Of a stretch of 41,607 nucleotides of DNA, positions 25,198 through 33,497 are shown in pieces (position 1 is the first letter of the stretch; each line of letters starts with the position of its first letter). The position numbers and the translations under genes were made by a program. Source of the DNA: Candidatus Woesearchaeota archaeon (lineage in GTDB: Archaea > Nanobdellota > Nanobdellia > Pacearchaeales > GW2011-AR1). The notes beneath the pieces are model-generated. The model searched no databases, was not told the DNA's origin, and saw only the letters and a list, made by a program, of their open reading frames with translations. Location: contig CAYQXU010000001.1 of NCBI GenBank assembly GCA_964421685.1, positions 1 through 41,607 of the forward strand. The letters run 5' to 3'.

Positions 25198-25367
25198 TGG
25201 CTTTGAGGAGAATTTAACTCCCGACCTCGGCCTCTCTCAGCAAGATGTTTTTTAGTGTGTTTATTATTAAACTCCATACACTGAAATTTTCTTTTAGAAA
25301 ATTTCGTGAATGTGCTTGATTTCATCAAGCCCATGAGAGCCGCGCTCTGACACTGAGCTACAAAGCC
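25198..25367 (-). tRNA. tRNA-Met/Ile2 (anticodon CAT) with a 98-nt intron at position 37/38
   Basis: Manual fold: acceptor GGCTTTG/CAAAGCC plus A73, D arm GCTC-AGTGTCA-GAGC, anticodon stem CGGCT/GGCCG, loop CTCATG|intron|A, variable loop AGGTC, T arm GGGAG-TTAAATT-CTCCT. BHB: central helix CUCA/UGAG flanked by 3-nt bulges UG|G and AG|A. Confidence 0.85.
25234..25331 (-). other. tRNA intron (98 nt)
   Basis: Delimited by the BHB geometry. Contains perfect hairpins GCTTGAT-GAA-ATCAAGC and GAAATTTTCT-AAA-AGAAAATTTC. UGAUGA lies near the 5' end and CUGA near the 3' end. Confidence 0.75.
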
Positions 25368-25409
25368 GAATTTAGTAAAAAACGTGCATTTAAAAGTTTT
25401 GAGGTAGAA

Positions 25410-25598
25410 TTAGCTAGACGCCCTTTCCCTTTTTTCAAGCGTAACTAAGTAGCCTGCAATTTGATTTCTCATTTTTTTGCTGGGCATAGTATTTCCAAGC
25501 ACTTTTTTGTTTTCGCTGAAGCCTGAGCTAAATTTAATGCCCCTTCTTCTAAGCTCTTCGGCTGTTCTTTTGATTGTTTTTGACTTTATTTTTCCCAT
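25410..25598 (-). CDS. rps17e: 30S ribosomal protein S17e
   Basis: Start taken at MGKIKSKTIKR, preceded by GGAGG. ENKKVLGNTMPSKKMRNQIAGYLVTL matches the S17e pattern. The longer track ORF (to 25661) runs into the leader element. Confidence 0.85.
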   Translation of the reverse strand: MGKIKSKTIKRTAEELRRRGIKFSSGFSENKKVLGNTMPSKKMRNQIAGYLVTLEKRERASS

Positions 25599-25647
25599 TG
25601 AAAACCTCCTGCGGGTTTTCGATCCAGCTTCCTTCGAGTTTTTTTCT

Positions 25648-25712
25648 GCTCGAGCCAACACTTACTTTTGGATTATCTCGTGTAAACTCTCGTTGCCTCC
25701 GAAGAAACTCGG
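25648..25712 (-). promoter_or_regulatory. Conserved leader element, copy 2 (upstream of rps17e)
   Basis: The core at 25648-25692 is identical to 3038-3082 and lies 49 nt from the rps17e ATG. It is followed by TTGCCTCCGAAGAAACTCGG, which relates to the TTGCCTCCGAGAGAAG tail of copy 3. Confidence 0.55.
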
Positions 25713-25827
25713 ATGAAAACCTAAGTATTCTATCCAGTATCCAATCAGAGGTTTTAATTGCTTCTGAAGGCTCTGAATAAAAACCTTAAGATATTGTCTT
25801 AATATTAAGAATGAGATTATTTGGTTT

Positions 25828-26751
25828 TTAAAGCTTTTCAATGCTGCTTAAGTTTTTTGCAGCATTAATAATACTCTGGGTTTTCTTAGGTGCGTCGCCC
25901 AGGCTTAAGATTATATATGGCAGATTTGCTTCTTGAGATTTTTTATAGGATTTTAATATATCTAAATCAGAAATTTTTTTCTTGTTATAAGCTATTAAGA
26001 GCTCTTCTTTCTCTTTATTTTTGACTTTTAAAGTAATCTCACCATTTTTTATGTCTACTATATCAAGAATTTCAATTGATTTTTTAGCTAATAGCTCTTT
26101 GACTTTGTTAAAGAAGCCTTCTTCTTTTTTCGATGATTTTTTTATTGGTTTTTTTTGAGATTTTGGTTTAGTCCGCTTGGGTTTCTTCTCAAAGATGTTT
26201 AATATTTTAGGTTCTTCAGATAATGTTTTTATCACTTCTTTTTCTTCTTTTGGTTTTGGCGTTACCTCCACAATATGCTTTATCTCAACTCCTTCTTTTT
26301 GAGGTTTTTTTATTATTTTGCTCTCTTCCAATACAAAATCAGATTCAGGAATTGTAAAGTATCTCCAGTGAAGTTCTCTATTTTTCTCAAAAGGAACTGC
26401 AAAGTCTTTTATTGCTCTTAATGCAACTCTTATTGCAGGATCTTGCTCTGTGTCTTTGAGGAATCTTCTGTCTCTTAGAAGTATAAAAGCATCTTTTTCT
26501 TTGCTTTTTAAATGCTGTGAATACTTTTCAAGAGAAGGTTCGTGCTCTGGAAGGTAATATATTGGCGAGCTTCCTACTTTCATATTGCTTATTTTTATTT
26601 TTTTATCTGAATAAAGTTCTGAAAGGAAAGCCCCTGAGAATAAAATGCTAAGGCCAGTTCCGCTCGCTACATGGACTGGTAAGCTTGGACCGTTTCTTCG
26701 CAATATACTTAGAATTTTCTCTTTTATTTCTAATGCGTTTTGCTGAGTCAT
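25828..26751 (-). CDS. Hypothetical protein with N-terminal winged-helix-like domains and a Lys-rich linker
   Basis: 307 aa. The N-terminus (IKEKILSILRRNGPSLPVHVASGTGLS...) is wHTH-like, the linker is KPK-rich, and the C-terminal domain is globular. No confident family call. Confidence 0.5.
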   Translation of the reverse strand: MTQQNALEIKEKILSILRRNGPSLPVHVASGTGLSILFSGAFLSELYSDKKIKISNMKVGSSPIYYLPEHEPSLEKYSQHLKSKEKDAFILLRDRRFLKDTEQDPAIRVALRAIKDFAVPFEKNRELHWRYFTIPESDFVLEESKIIKKPQKEGVEIKHIVEVTPKPKEEKEVIKTLSEEPKILNIFEKKPKRTKPKSQKKPIKKSSKKEEGFFNKVKELLAKKSIEILDIVDIKNGEITLKVKNKEKEELLIAYNKKKISDLDILKSYKKSQEANLPYIILSLGDAPKKTQSIINAAKNLSSIEKL

Positions 26752-26801
26752 TGTTACCTCTTTAATCTTCGATAGAATAATAATTTCAATTATAAATACT
26801 T

Positions 26802-27320
26802 TTATGGCCTAATCCATGCTACTTCATAGTAAGAAACATCTCCCTCTTCATCTACAATTGCAAGAAGGAGGTTCTTTTTTGTGCTGTGGGCAACTCTGTT
26901 TTTTGCTGAGAATTCGTGCCATGAGAATTTCTTTGATTCGTGCTCGCAGAAAACAATCCATTTTGCATGCTCATTTCCTGGTTTTGAACCTTTATTATAA
27001 ACTCTAAAATCAGCCCCGAATTTTAATGCTGTTTTAACTATATACCCTTTTTCTCTTAAATTTTTGAAAACTAAATATTTTATTTGAATTCTCTGGTCAA
27101 GTTTTTCAAGTTTTTTCAAGATTTCCTTTTTTGAAATTTTTTCACTTTTAGAAACTAGATCCATTTTGTCTTTTTCTACTAAGTAAAGTGTTTCTGTTAA
27201 GGTATATTGGATTTTTTCCCCAAGTGACTCCCCAAAAGAGCTTTTTTCATGCAATGAGAATGCCTCGTTAGAGTTGCTTGAAACAATATGCCCTGAAAGG
27301 TTTGATTGTATTTTTTCCAT
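26802..27320 (-). CDS. endA: tRNA-splicing endonuclease (homotetramer-type size)
   Basis: 172 aa. YLVFKNLREKGYIVKTALKFGADFRVYNKG...EHAKWIV...RVAHSTKKNLLLAIVDEEGDVSYYEVAWIRP closely follows the EndA catalytic domain pattern. Confidence 0.88.
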   Translation of the reverse strand: MEKIQSNLSGHIVSSNSNEAFSLHEKSSFGESLGEKIQYTLTETLYLVEKDKMDLVSKSEKISKKEILKKLEKLDQRIQIKYLVFKNLREKGYIVKTALKFGADFRVYNKGSKPGNEHAKWIVFCEHESKKFSWHEFSAKNRVAHSTKKNLLLAIVDEEGDVSYYEVAWIRP

Positions 27321-27393
27321 TTTTAAAACAACCTAACGGTTTTTTTAGATTTTCCCTTAAGTTAGACTCAAGGCTGATAACCTGCGGTTTTTT

Positions 27394-27520
27394 GCTCGAG
27401 CCAACACTTACTTTTGGATTATCTCGTGTAAGCTCTCGTCCCTCAAACAACTTCTTTTTTTCTCAAGCCCACACTCAATTTGGACTATGTCGTGTAAACT
27501 CTCGTTGCCTCCGAGAGAAG
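27394..27520 (-). promoter_or_regulatory. Conserved leader element, copies 3a and 3b (tandem, upstream of endA)
   Basis: The core at 27394-27438 has 1 mismatch to the others. A diverged second core (TCTCAAGCCCACACTCAATTTGGACTATGTCGTGTAAACTCTCG) lies at 27461-27504, followed by TTGCCTCCGAGAGAAG. The element is 73 nt from the endA ATG. Confidence 0.55.
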
Positions 27521-27611
27521 TTTATTTCCCGTGTTATAAACAATTTATTGGAATATTTAAATTTGTGGTTTCATTGGAAATATTTATTAACATGCCTTTG
27601 CTTTTTACACT

Positions 27612-28097
27612 ATGCCGAAAAATAAACCCCTCCGTGAAAATAAGGTGGTTACACGTGCTATCCAAGAAGGAATTAGAGAAATCACTAAAAGAGATAAGGC
27701 AGCTTCTCCTGAAAGACTTTTAAAAGATATAGATTCTAGCAGGTTAAATGATGTAATTGTTGATGCTTATCGCTTTATTGGGACAAGATCTAATGATTAT
27801 TCTGGCAGAAGAGGAGATGTGTATCTTTATAATGCTGTTGAAAGGGCTGTGGCTTCAGGGAGTGTTTTTTATGCAAGTTCAAGAAAAGGGTCGTTAGATG
27901 AACGCTCTAAGATAATGAGAATTGCTGCCTTTATTTTTGCAGCCTTGGGAGTTTTATTTGTTGCCTTTTTTGGAATAAATATCAACGGTGACGCAGTTTC
28001 TAGTGAAATATCAGCTAGAGGGAATTTATTTGGCATTGGTTTTGGCATTTTTTTATTAATTTTGAGTTTCATGGCCTTTTCGAGTTATAAAAAATAA
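27612..28097 (+). CDS. Hypothetical membrane protein
   Basis: 161 aa. Soluble N-terminal half and two C-terminal TM helices (IAAFIFAALGVLFVAFFG, LFGIGFGIFLLILSFMAF). Confidence 0.5.
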   Translation: MPKNKPLRENKVVTRAIQEGIREITKRDKAASPERLLKDIDSSRLNDVIVDAYRFIGTRSNDYSGRRGDVYLYNAVERAVASGSVFYASSRKGSLDERSKIMRIAAFIFAALGVLFVAFFGININGDAVSSEISARGNLFGIGFGIFLLILSFMAFSSYKK

Positions 28098-28159
28098 GAA
28101 AGTTTGCCATGTAAAGCTGTTTTAGTAAATAATTTAAATTGACTTTATGTCATAGATTT

Positions 28160-30955
28160 ATGGGTAATTATAATTTTAAAAAAATTGAGCAGAAATGGCA
28201 GAAGAGTTGGGAGAGCAAGAAGATTTTCAACGTCAAGGAGAATTCTAAGAAGAAAAAATTCTATGTTTTAGATATGTTTCCTTACCCTAGCGGAGAAGGA
28301 TTGCATATGGGCCATGCTTTTACTTTTAGCTTAGGAGATATTTTTGCCAGATTTAAGAGACTTCAAGGATATAATGTTCTTTATCCAATAGGTTATGATT
28401 CTTTGGGTTTGCCGGCTGAAAACGCTGCAATAAAAAAAGGAACTCATCCAAAAAAATATACTGAACAATCTATTACTAATTTTATGAAACAACAAAAAGC
28501 AATGGGCTGGAGTTATGATTGGAGCAGACTTGTGATGACTAATGATCCTGAATATTATCGAGGTGATCAGTGGATATTCTTGCAAATGTTAAAGAAAGGT
28601 TTGGCTTATCGAAAAAAATCAGCAGTTAATTATTGTTCTAAGTGTCAGACTGTTCTTGCAAATGAACAAGTTATTCAAGGAATGTGTTGGCGACATGATG
28701 ATACTAAGGTTGAAATAAAACAATTAGAGCAGTGGTATTTTAAGACAACTCAGTATGCTGAAGAGTTGCTGCAAGGATTAGATAAACTAGATTGGCCTGA
28801 GAGAGCGAAGACAATGCAGAGAAACTGGATTGGAAAAAGCGAAGGGGCTGAGATTCTTTTTGAGATTAATGGAAAAAAGTGGCCTATCTTCACAACACGA
28901 CCCGACACAATCTACGGAGTTACATTTATGGTTGTAAGTGCACAACATTCAAAACTTCAAGAACTTGTGACTGAAAAACAAAAGAAAGAAGTTGATGAGT
29001 TTGTTAGAAAACTTGGAAGTGTTTCTGAAAAAGAACTTGAGAAGATGGATAAAGAAGGCGTTTTCACAGGAAGTTATGCGGTAAACCCTATGACTAAAGA
29101 AAGAATTCCTATTTATGCAGGTAATTTTGTTCTTGCTGATTATGGGTCTGGAATGATAATGGCTGTTCCTGGACACGACTCTAGAGATTATGATTTTGCA
29201 AAGAAGTATAATTTGAAGATAAAACCCGTTGTGTTAAAAACTCATGAAGAAAGTTTTAGTTACGTTATGGGAGTTGATGAAAAAGATATAAAAGACATTG
29301 GTGTTAAAATTGTTGAAAAAACAAAGGATGGATTTTTTAAGATAAAAATTCCTTTTGATAATTTAGATAAATATAAAGATTTTATTAGGAAAAATTTGAA
29401 GCCAGGATTTTGGAATGAGTTTAGCACTCCTAAAGGATTTTATTTTATTTTTAAACATAAAAGTGGAGAGATAGAAGAGTTTTTGTTAGATGAGAAAACA
29501 AATGATATTATTGATGAGTATGGCATGACCTTTAATAAAGAAAAACCTAAAAAATTTCATGAGAATGTTTATAGTTGGCTAGCCGAAAACGGTTTTTATA
29601 AAGAGTTATTAATTCATCAAGATTTTGGCAACTTGATTAATTCAGGTTCTTTTAACGATCTTGATAGTGATGAGGCTAAAGAACATATAATAAAAAATCT
29701 TGAAGAGAAAAAATTAGGAAAGAAAACTGTTCAATTCAAGTTGAGAGATTGGCTTATTTCAAGGCAGAGATATTGGGGGACGCCCATTCCAGTTGTTTAT
29801 TGTGGAAAATGTGGAATTGTTCCAGTTCCAGAAAAAGAATTGCCCATAAAACTCCCAGATAAAGTAGAGTTTGGGAAGGGAAATCCTCTTGCAACAAATG
29901 AGAAATGGATAAACGTTAAGTGTCCTAAGTGCAAAGGGAAAGCAAGAAGGGAAACAGATACTATGGATACTTTTGTTAACTCTTCGTGGTATTATTTAAG
30001 GTATTGCGATTCTAAAAACAAAAAACAAGCATTTGATTCTAAGAAAGCAAATTACTGGTGCCCTATAGACCAGTATATTGGAGGGCCTGAACACATAACT
30101 ATGCATTTAATTTACATCAGATTTTATACTAAATTTTTAAGAGATTGTGGATTAATTAATTTCAGTGAACCAGCTCTTAAGTATTTTACCCAAGGGGTTG
30201 TTAAGGGCAGCGACGGAAATAGAATGTCAAAAAGCAGGGGAAATGTTGTTGAGCCCCTGAATACTATTGAAAAGTATGGCGCTGATAGTTTGAGGCTGTA
30301 TCTAGTGGGAGCTTCTTCTGCAGATAGCGATATTAATTGGGATGAAGCAGGGATTAGCGGAAGTTTTAAACTTGTTAATAAAGTTTACGAATACTTTTCT
30401 GAAATTAAGTTTGGAAAAGCAGATCCAAGGGCTGAAAGCAAGCTAAATAAAACAATAAAAGAAGTTTCACATCTTGCTGAATCTTTTAAGCATAATCTTG
30501 CGATTATCCGTCTTAGGGATTTTTTTGATTACATGAGTGAAAGACAAATAGATAAGAAAACTGCAGAGGCATTTTTGCAGCTATTACATGTTTATTGCCC
30601 CTTTGTGACAGAGGAACTTTGGCAGAAAATCAAGGGTGGAGGGTTTATTTCTTTAAGTTCTTGGCCTAAAGCTGATGAGAAAAAAATAAATCTTCAGTTT
30701 GAGAAAGAGGAAGAGGCTATTAGCAGTTTGGTAAATGATATTAATAATGTAAAGAAGTTTGTTAATAAAGCAAGCAAGGTTTTTATCTATGTTATCCCTA
30801 ATGAACTTTCAATTTATGTTAGTAATTTAATTGAGATCAGCAAGAGAACTAATTTAAATGTCAAAATTTATGCTGTTAATGATAAAGAAAAATATGACCC
30901 TAAAGGAAAAGTAAGCAAGGCTAAGCCTGGGAAGCCTGGGATTTATTTGGAGTGA
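28160..30955 (+). CDS. leuS: Leucine--tRNA ligase, bacterial-type, with an extra insertion
   Basis: YPSGEGLHMGH (HIGH), RMSKSRGN (KMSKS), CP1 editing domain (TTRPDTIYGVTFMV...), and RDWLISRQRYWG. Start taken at MGNYNFKKIEQKWQ (28160). Confidence 0.93.
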   Translation: MGNYNFKKIEQKWQKSWESKKIFNVKENSKKKKFYVLDMFPYPSGEGLHMGHAFTFSLGDIFARFKRLQGYNVLYPIGYDSLGLPAENAAIKKGTHPKKYTEQSITNFMKQQKAMGWSYDWSRLVMTNDPEYYRGDQWIFLQMLKKGLAYRKKSAVNYCSKCQTVLANEQVIQGMCWRHDDTKVEIKQLEQWYFKTTQYAEELLQGLDKLDWPERAKTMQRNWIGKSEGAEILFEINGKKWPIFTTRPDTIYGVTFMVVSAQHSKLQELVTEKQKKEVDEFVRKLGSVSEKELEKMDKEGVFTGSYAVNPMTKERIPIYAGNFVLADYGSGMIMAVPGHDSRDYDFAKKYNLKIKPVVLKTHEESFSYVMGVDEKDIKDIGVKIVEKTKDGFFKIKIPFDNLDKYKDFIRKNLKPGFWNEFSTPKGFYFIFKHKSGEIEEFLLDEKTNDIIDEYGMTFNKEKPKKFHENVYSWLAENGFYKELLIHQDFGNLINSGSFNDLDSDEAKEHIIKNLEEKKLGKKTVQFKLRDWLISRQRYWGTPIPVVYCGKCGIVPVPEKELPIKLPDKVEFGKGNPLATNEKWINVKCPKCKGKARRETDTMDTFVNSSWYYLRYCDSKNKKQAFDSKKANYWCPIDQYIGGPEHITMHLIYIRFYTKFLRDCGLINFSEPALKYFTQGVVKGSDGNRMSKSRGNVVEPLNTIEKYGADSLRLYLVGASSADSDINWDEAGISGSFKLVNKVYEYFSEIKFGKADPRAESKLNKTIKEVSHLAESFKHNLAIIRLRDFFDYMSERQIDKKTAEAFLQLLHVYCPFVTEELWQKIKGGGFISLSSWPKADEKKINLQFEKEEEAISSLVNDINNVKKFVNKASKVFIYVIPNELSIYVSNLIEISKRTNLNVKIYAVNDKEKYDPKGKVSKAKPGKPGIYLE

Positions 30956-30962
30956 GGATAGT

Positions 30963-31490
30963 TTATTTTGGTCGTCCGATTTGACTTTGAAGTAATCTTT
31001 TTGCTTGTTCATCTGATAGGGATGGTTTATAAAATTCTTGGGGCATTGGTGGAAGATAATAAGGTTTAATTCCTGCAGCTTTTTTTATAACACCATAAAC
31101 CCATGGAGTAGCTTTTGGAAATCTTGATCTTATTACCTTTGAATCTACCCCTAAATTAAATATATCATTAAGAGCCATTGCTACTGCAGGAGATCTATTT
31201 TGACCTCTAAAACAATGCACAAAAAGAGCTTCACATTTGTCTTTATACTCTTTGAAGTCTTTAACTATTCTTTGTGCTAAATCATTAGTCAAGTTTCCTG
31301 CTCTGTTAGAATCTTGAACATCTTCAAACATATATTCTGATATTCTAATCCAGTTTGGAGATTCTTTTAAAGAAGGATAGCCTTTTTTAAACAATTCTAT
31401 GTCTGTAAAGCCTTTTATTCTAATTGCATAAGTCGGCTTAGAAGGTTGAAAATTTAATGCGTCGTATATACCATAAATAGAGATATCCAT
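30963..31490 (-). CDS. Cys-based phosphatase (PTP/DUSP-like)
   Basis: 175 aa with a HCxxGxxRS P-loop (VHCFRGQNRSPAVAMAL). Confidence 0.6.
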   Translation of the reverse strand: MDISIYGIYDALNFQPSKPTYAIRIKGFTDIELFKKGYPSLKESPNWIRISEYMFEDVQDSNRAGNLTNDLAQRIVKDFKEYKDKCEALFVHCFRGQNRSPAVAMALNDIFNLGVDSKVIRSRFPKATPWVYGVIKKAAGIKPYYLPPMPQEFYKPSLSDEQAKRLLQSQIGRPK

Positions 31491-31602
31491 AGTATTGGTA
31501 AAAATACCTATTTTATAATAATTTCTATATTTTGATGCTTTTCTTGAAGTAGAAAGTTTTATTAAATAATTTTACCTGACTTATTTATAAAAAGAGGCTG
31601 AA

Positions 31603-32580
31603 ATGACAAAAATAGCTATTAATGGACTTGGAAGAATTGGAAGACTTGTTTTGAAAATAGGTTTGGAGAGAGGATTAGATATTGTTGCTGTGAATGATCT
31701 TACAAACGTTCAAAATCTTACTTATTTATTGAAATATGATTCTGTTTATGGAAATTATGGCAAAAGAGTAGAGGCTGGAAAGGATTTTTTTAGTATTAAT
31801 GGAAAGAAAATAAATGTTTTTTCTGAAAAAGAGCCTGAAAAACTGCCTTGGAAAAAGTTAGGTGTTGATGTTGTTGTTGAAGCTACTGGTTTTTTTGAAG
31901 ATGAAGGATATAGGCATATCAAAGCAGGAGCAAAAAAAGTTATTATTACTGCTCCGTCTAAGAAGTGTGATGCTACTATTGTTCTGGGAGTTAATGAAGA
32001 AAAACTAAAGAAGGAACATAAAGTCATTTCAATGGGCTCTTGCACCACTAATTGCTTAGCTCCATTAGCTAAAATTCTTAATGATAAGTTTGGAATAAAA
32101 AAAGCATTTATGACTACTGTCCATGCTTACACAAATGATCAGAAGATCTTAGACATCCCACATAAAAGATTTAGGAGAGGACGGGCTGCTGCAGTTAATA
32201 TAATTCCCACAACCTCTGGGGCAACTACTTCTGTTATCGAAACAATCCCTGAATTAAAAGGAAAGATGGATGGATTGGCAATGAGAGTTCCTATTGCTTG
32301 CGGGAGTATTGTGGATTTTGTTGCAGAATTAAATCAGAACGCAACTAAAGAACAAATTAACAATGCTTTGAAAATTGCAGCACACGGAAAATTAAAAGGT
32401 ATTCTTCAATATAGCGAAGATGAGTTAGTTTCTTCTGACATCATTAAGAATAGCAACTCTTCAATTATAGACGGGCTTTCAACACAAGTTATCGGGAATA
32501 TTGCCAAGGTTTTGTCTTGGTATGATAATGAGTATGGCTATTCTTGTAGAATGGTTGATCTTCTGAAGAAATTTAAATAA
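31603..32580 (+). CDS. gap: Glyceraldehyde-3-phosphate dehydrogenase, class I (bacterial/eukaryotic type)
   Basis: INGLGRIGRLV Rossmann motif, the active-site SCTTNCLAP, and WYDNEYGYS at the C-terminus. Confidence 0.93.
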   Translation: MTKIAINGLGRIGRLVLKIGLERGLDIVAVNDLTNVQNLTYLLKYDSVYGNYGKRVEAGKDFFSINGKKINVFSEKEPEKLPWKKLGVDVVVEATGFFEDEGYRHIKAGAKKVIITAPSKKCDATIVLGVNEEKLKKEHKVISMGSCTTNCLAPLAKILNDKFGIKKAFMTTVHAYTNDQKILDIPHKRFRRGRAAAVNIIPTTSGATTSVIETIPELKGKMDGLAMRVPIACGSIVDFVAELNQNATKEQINNALKIAAHGKLKGILQYSEDELVSSDIIKNSNSSIIDGLSTQVIGNIAKVLSWYDNEYGYSCRMVDLLKKFK

Positions 32581-32581
32581 A

Positions 32582-33496
32582 ATGTATGACTTAATAATTA
32601 TAGGGGCAGGACCTGCAGGGATGACTGCGGCTATTTATGCTGCAAGAAGAAAAATAAAGTTCATAATCATTAGTTTAGACATCGGTGGGCAGATGTCTTG
32701 GAGTTCTGAAATTGAGAATTATCCTGGAACAACACATGCTTCTGGAGTTGAGTTAACTAGAAGTTTTCAAGAACATGTAAAGGTTTATGGAATTAATATA
32801 AAAACAGAAGAAGTTTCTAGCATTGTTAAAAAAGAAAAAGCTATATTTGTAAGAACAAAGAAAAGAGTTTATGAATCAAAGACTGTAATAATAGCTTCTG
32901 GCAAAAGCCCTAGAAAATTAAATGCCCTCGGTGAAGAAAGATTTTTGGGAAAAGGATTAAGTTATTGTGCTGCTTGCGATGCTCCTCTTTACAAAGATAA
33001 AAAAGTTGTGGTTGTTGGGGGAGGGAATTCTGGTTTAGGAGCTGCTTTATTCTTGTCAAAGTATGCAAAAAAAGTTTATATTCTTGAAATGCTGCCAAAA
33101 CTTGGCGGAGAACCTTACTTAAAAGATAAAGTTTTGCAAGATAAGAAAATTAGTGTTATAGCAGGAGCAAAAATTAAAGAAATTTTTGGAAAAAAATTTA
33201 TAAGTGGTTTTAAGTATGAAAAAGACAAAATTGAAAAAACTCTAGATGTCGATGGGATTTTTGTTGAGATAGGACTAGTAACCAAAGTTGATTTTGTTAA
33301 AGTCAAGAAGAATAAATGGGGAGAGATAATGATTTTTAGAAGCACTAAAACACATGATGAAAACCTTACAAGTATTCCAGGAATTTTTGCAGCAGGAGAT
33401 GTTACAGATATTCCAACAAAGCAGATAGTTGCAGCTGCAGGAGAAGGCTGCAAGGCTGCTTTGGCTGCTTTTGACTATATCCATAGGTGGAAGTAA
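32582..33496 (+). CDS. trxB: Thioredoxin-disulfide reductase-like flavoprotein
   Basis: IIIGAGPAGMTAAIYAAR (FAD), redox CAACD, VVVVGGGNSG (NADPH), GIFAAGDV. Starts 1 nt after the gap stop. Confidence 0.85.
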   Translation: MYDLIIIGAGPAGMTAAIYAARRKIKFIIISLDIGGQMSWSSEIENYPGTTHASGVELTRSFQEHVKVYGINIKTEEVSSIVKKEKAIFVRTKKRVYESKTVIIASGKSPRKLNALGEERFLGKGLSYCAACDAPLYKDKKVVVVGGGNSGLGAALFLSKYAKKVYILEMLPKLGGEPYLKDKVLQDKKISVIAGAKIKEIFGKKFISGFKYEKDKIEKTLDVDGIFVEIGLVTKVDFVKVKKNKWGEIMIFRSTKTHDENLTSIPGIFAAGDVTDIPTKQIVAAAGEGCKAALAAFDYIHRWK

Positions 33497-33497
33497 A

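Noticed and set aside
25092-25334. 80-aa ORF from the six-frame track.
   Set aside because: It lies over the intron-containing tRNA and the tandem tRNA-3'-end repeats. Its internal repetition (MDLKK...) is just the translated 46-48-nt repeat.
29237-29626. Intein in LeuRS.
   Set aside because: There is no Cys/Ser at the N-terminal junction, no His-Asn plus Cys/Ser/Thr at the C-terminal junction, and no homing-endonuclease motifs.
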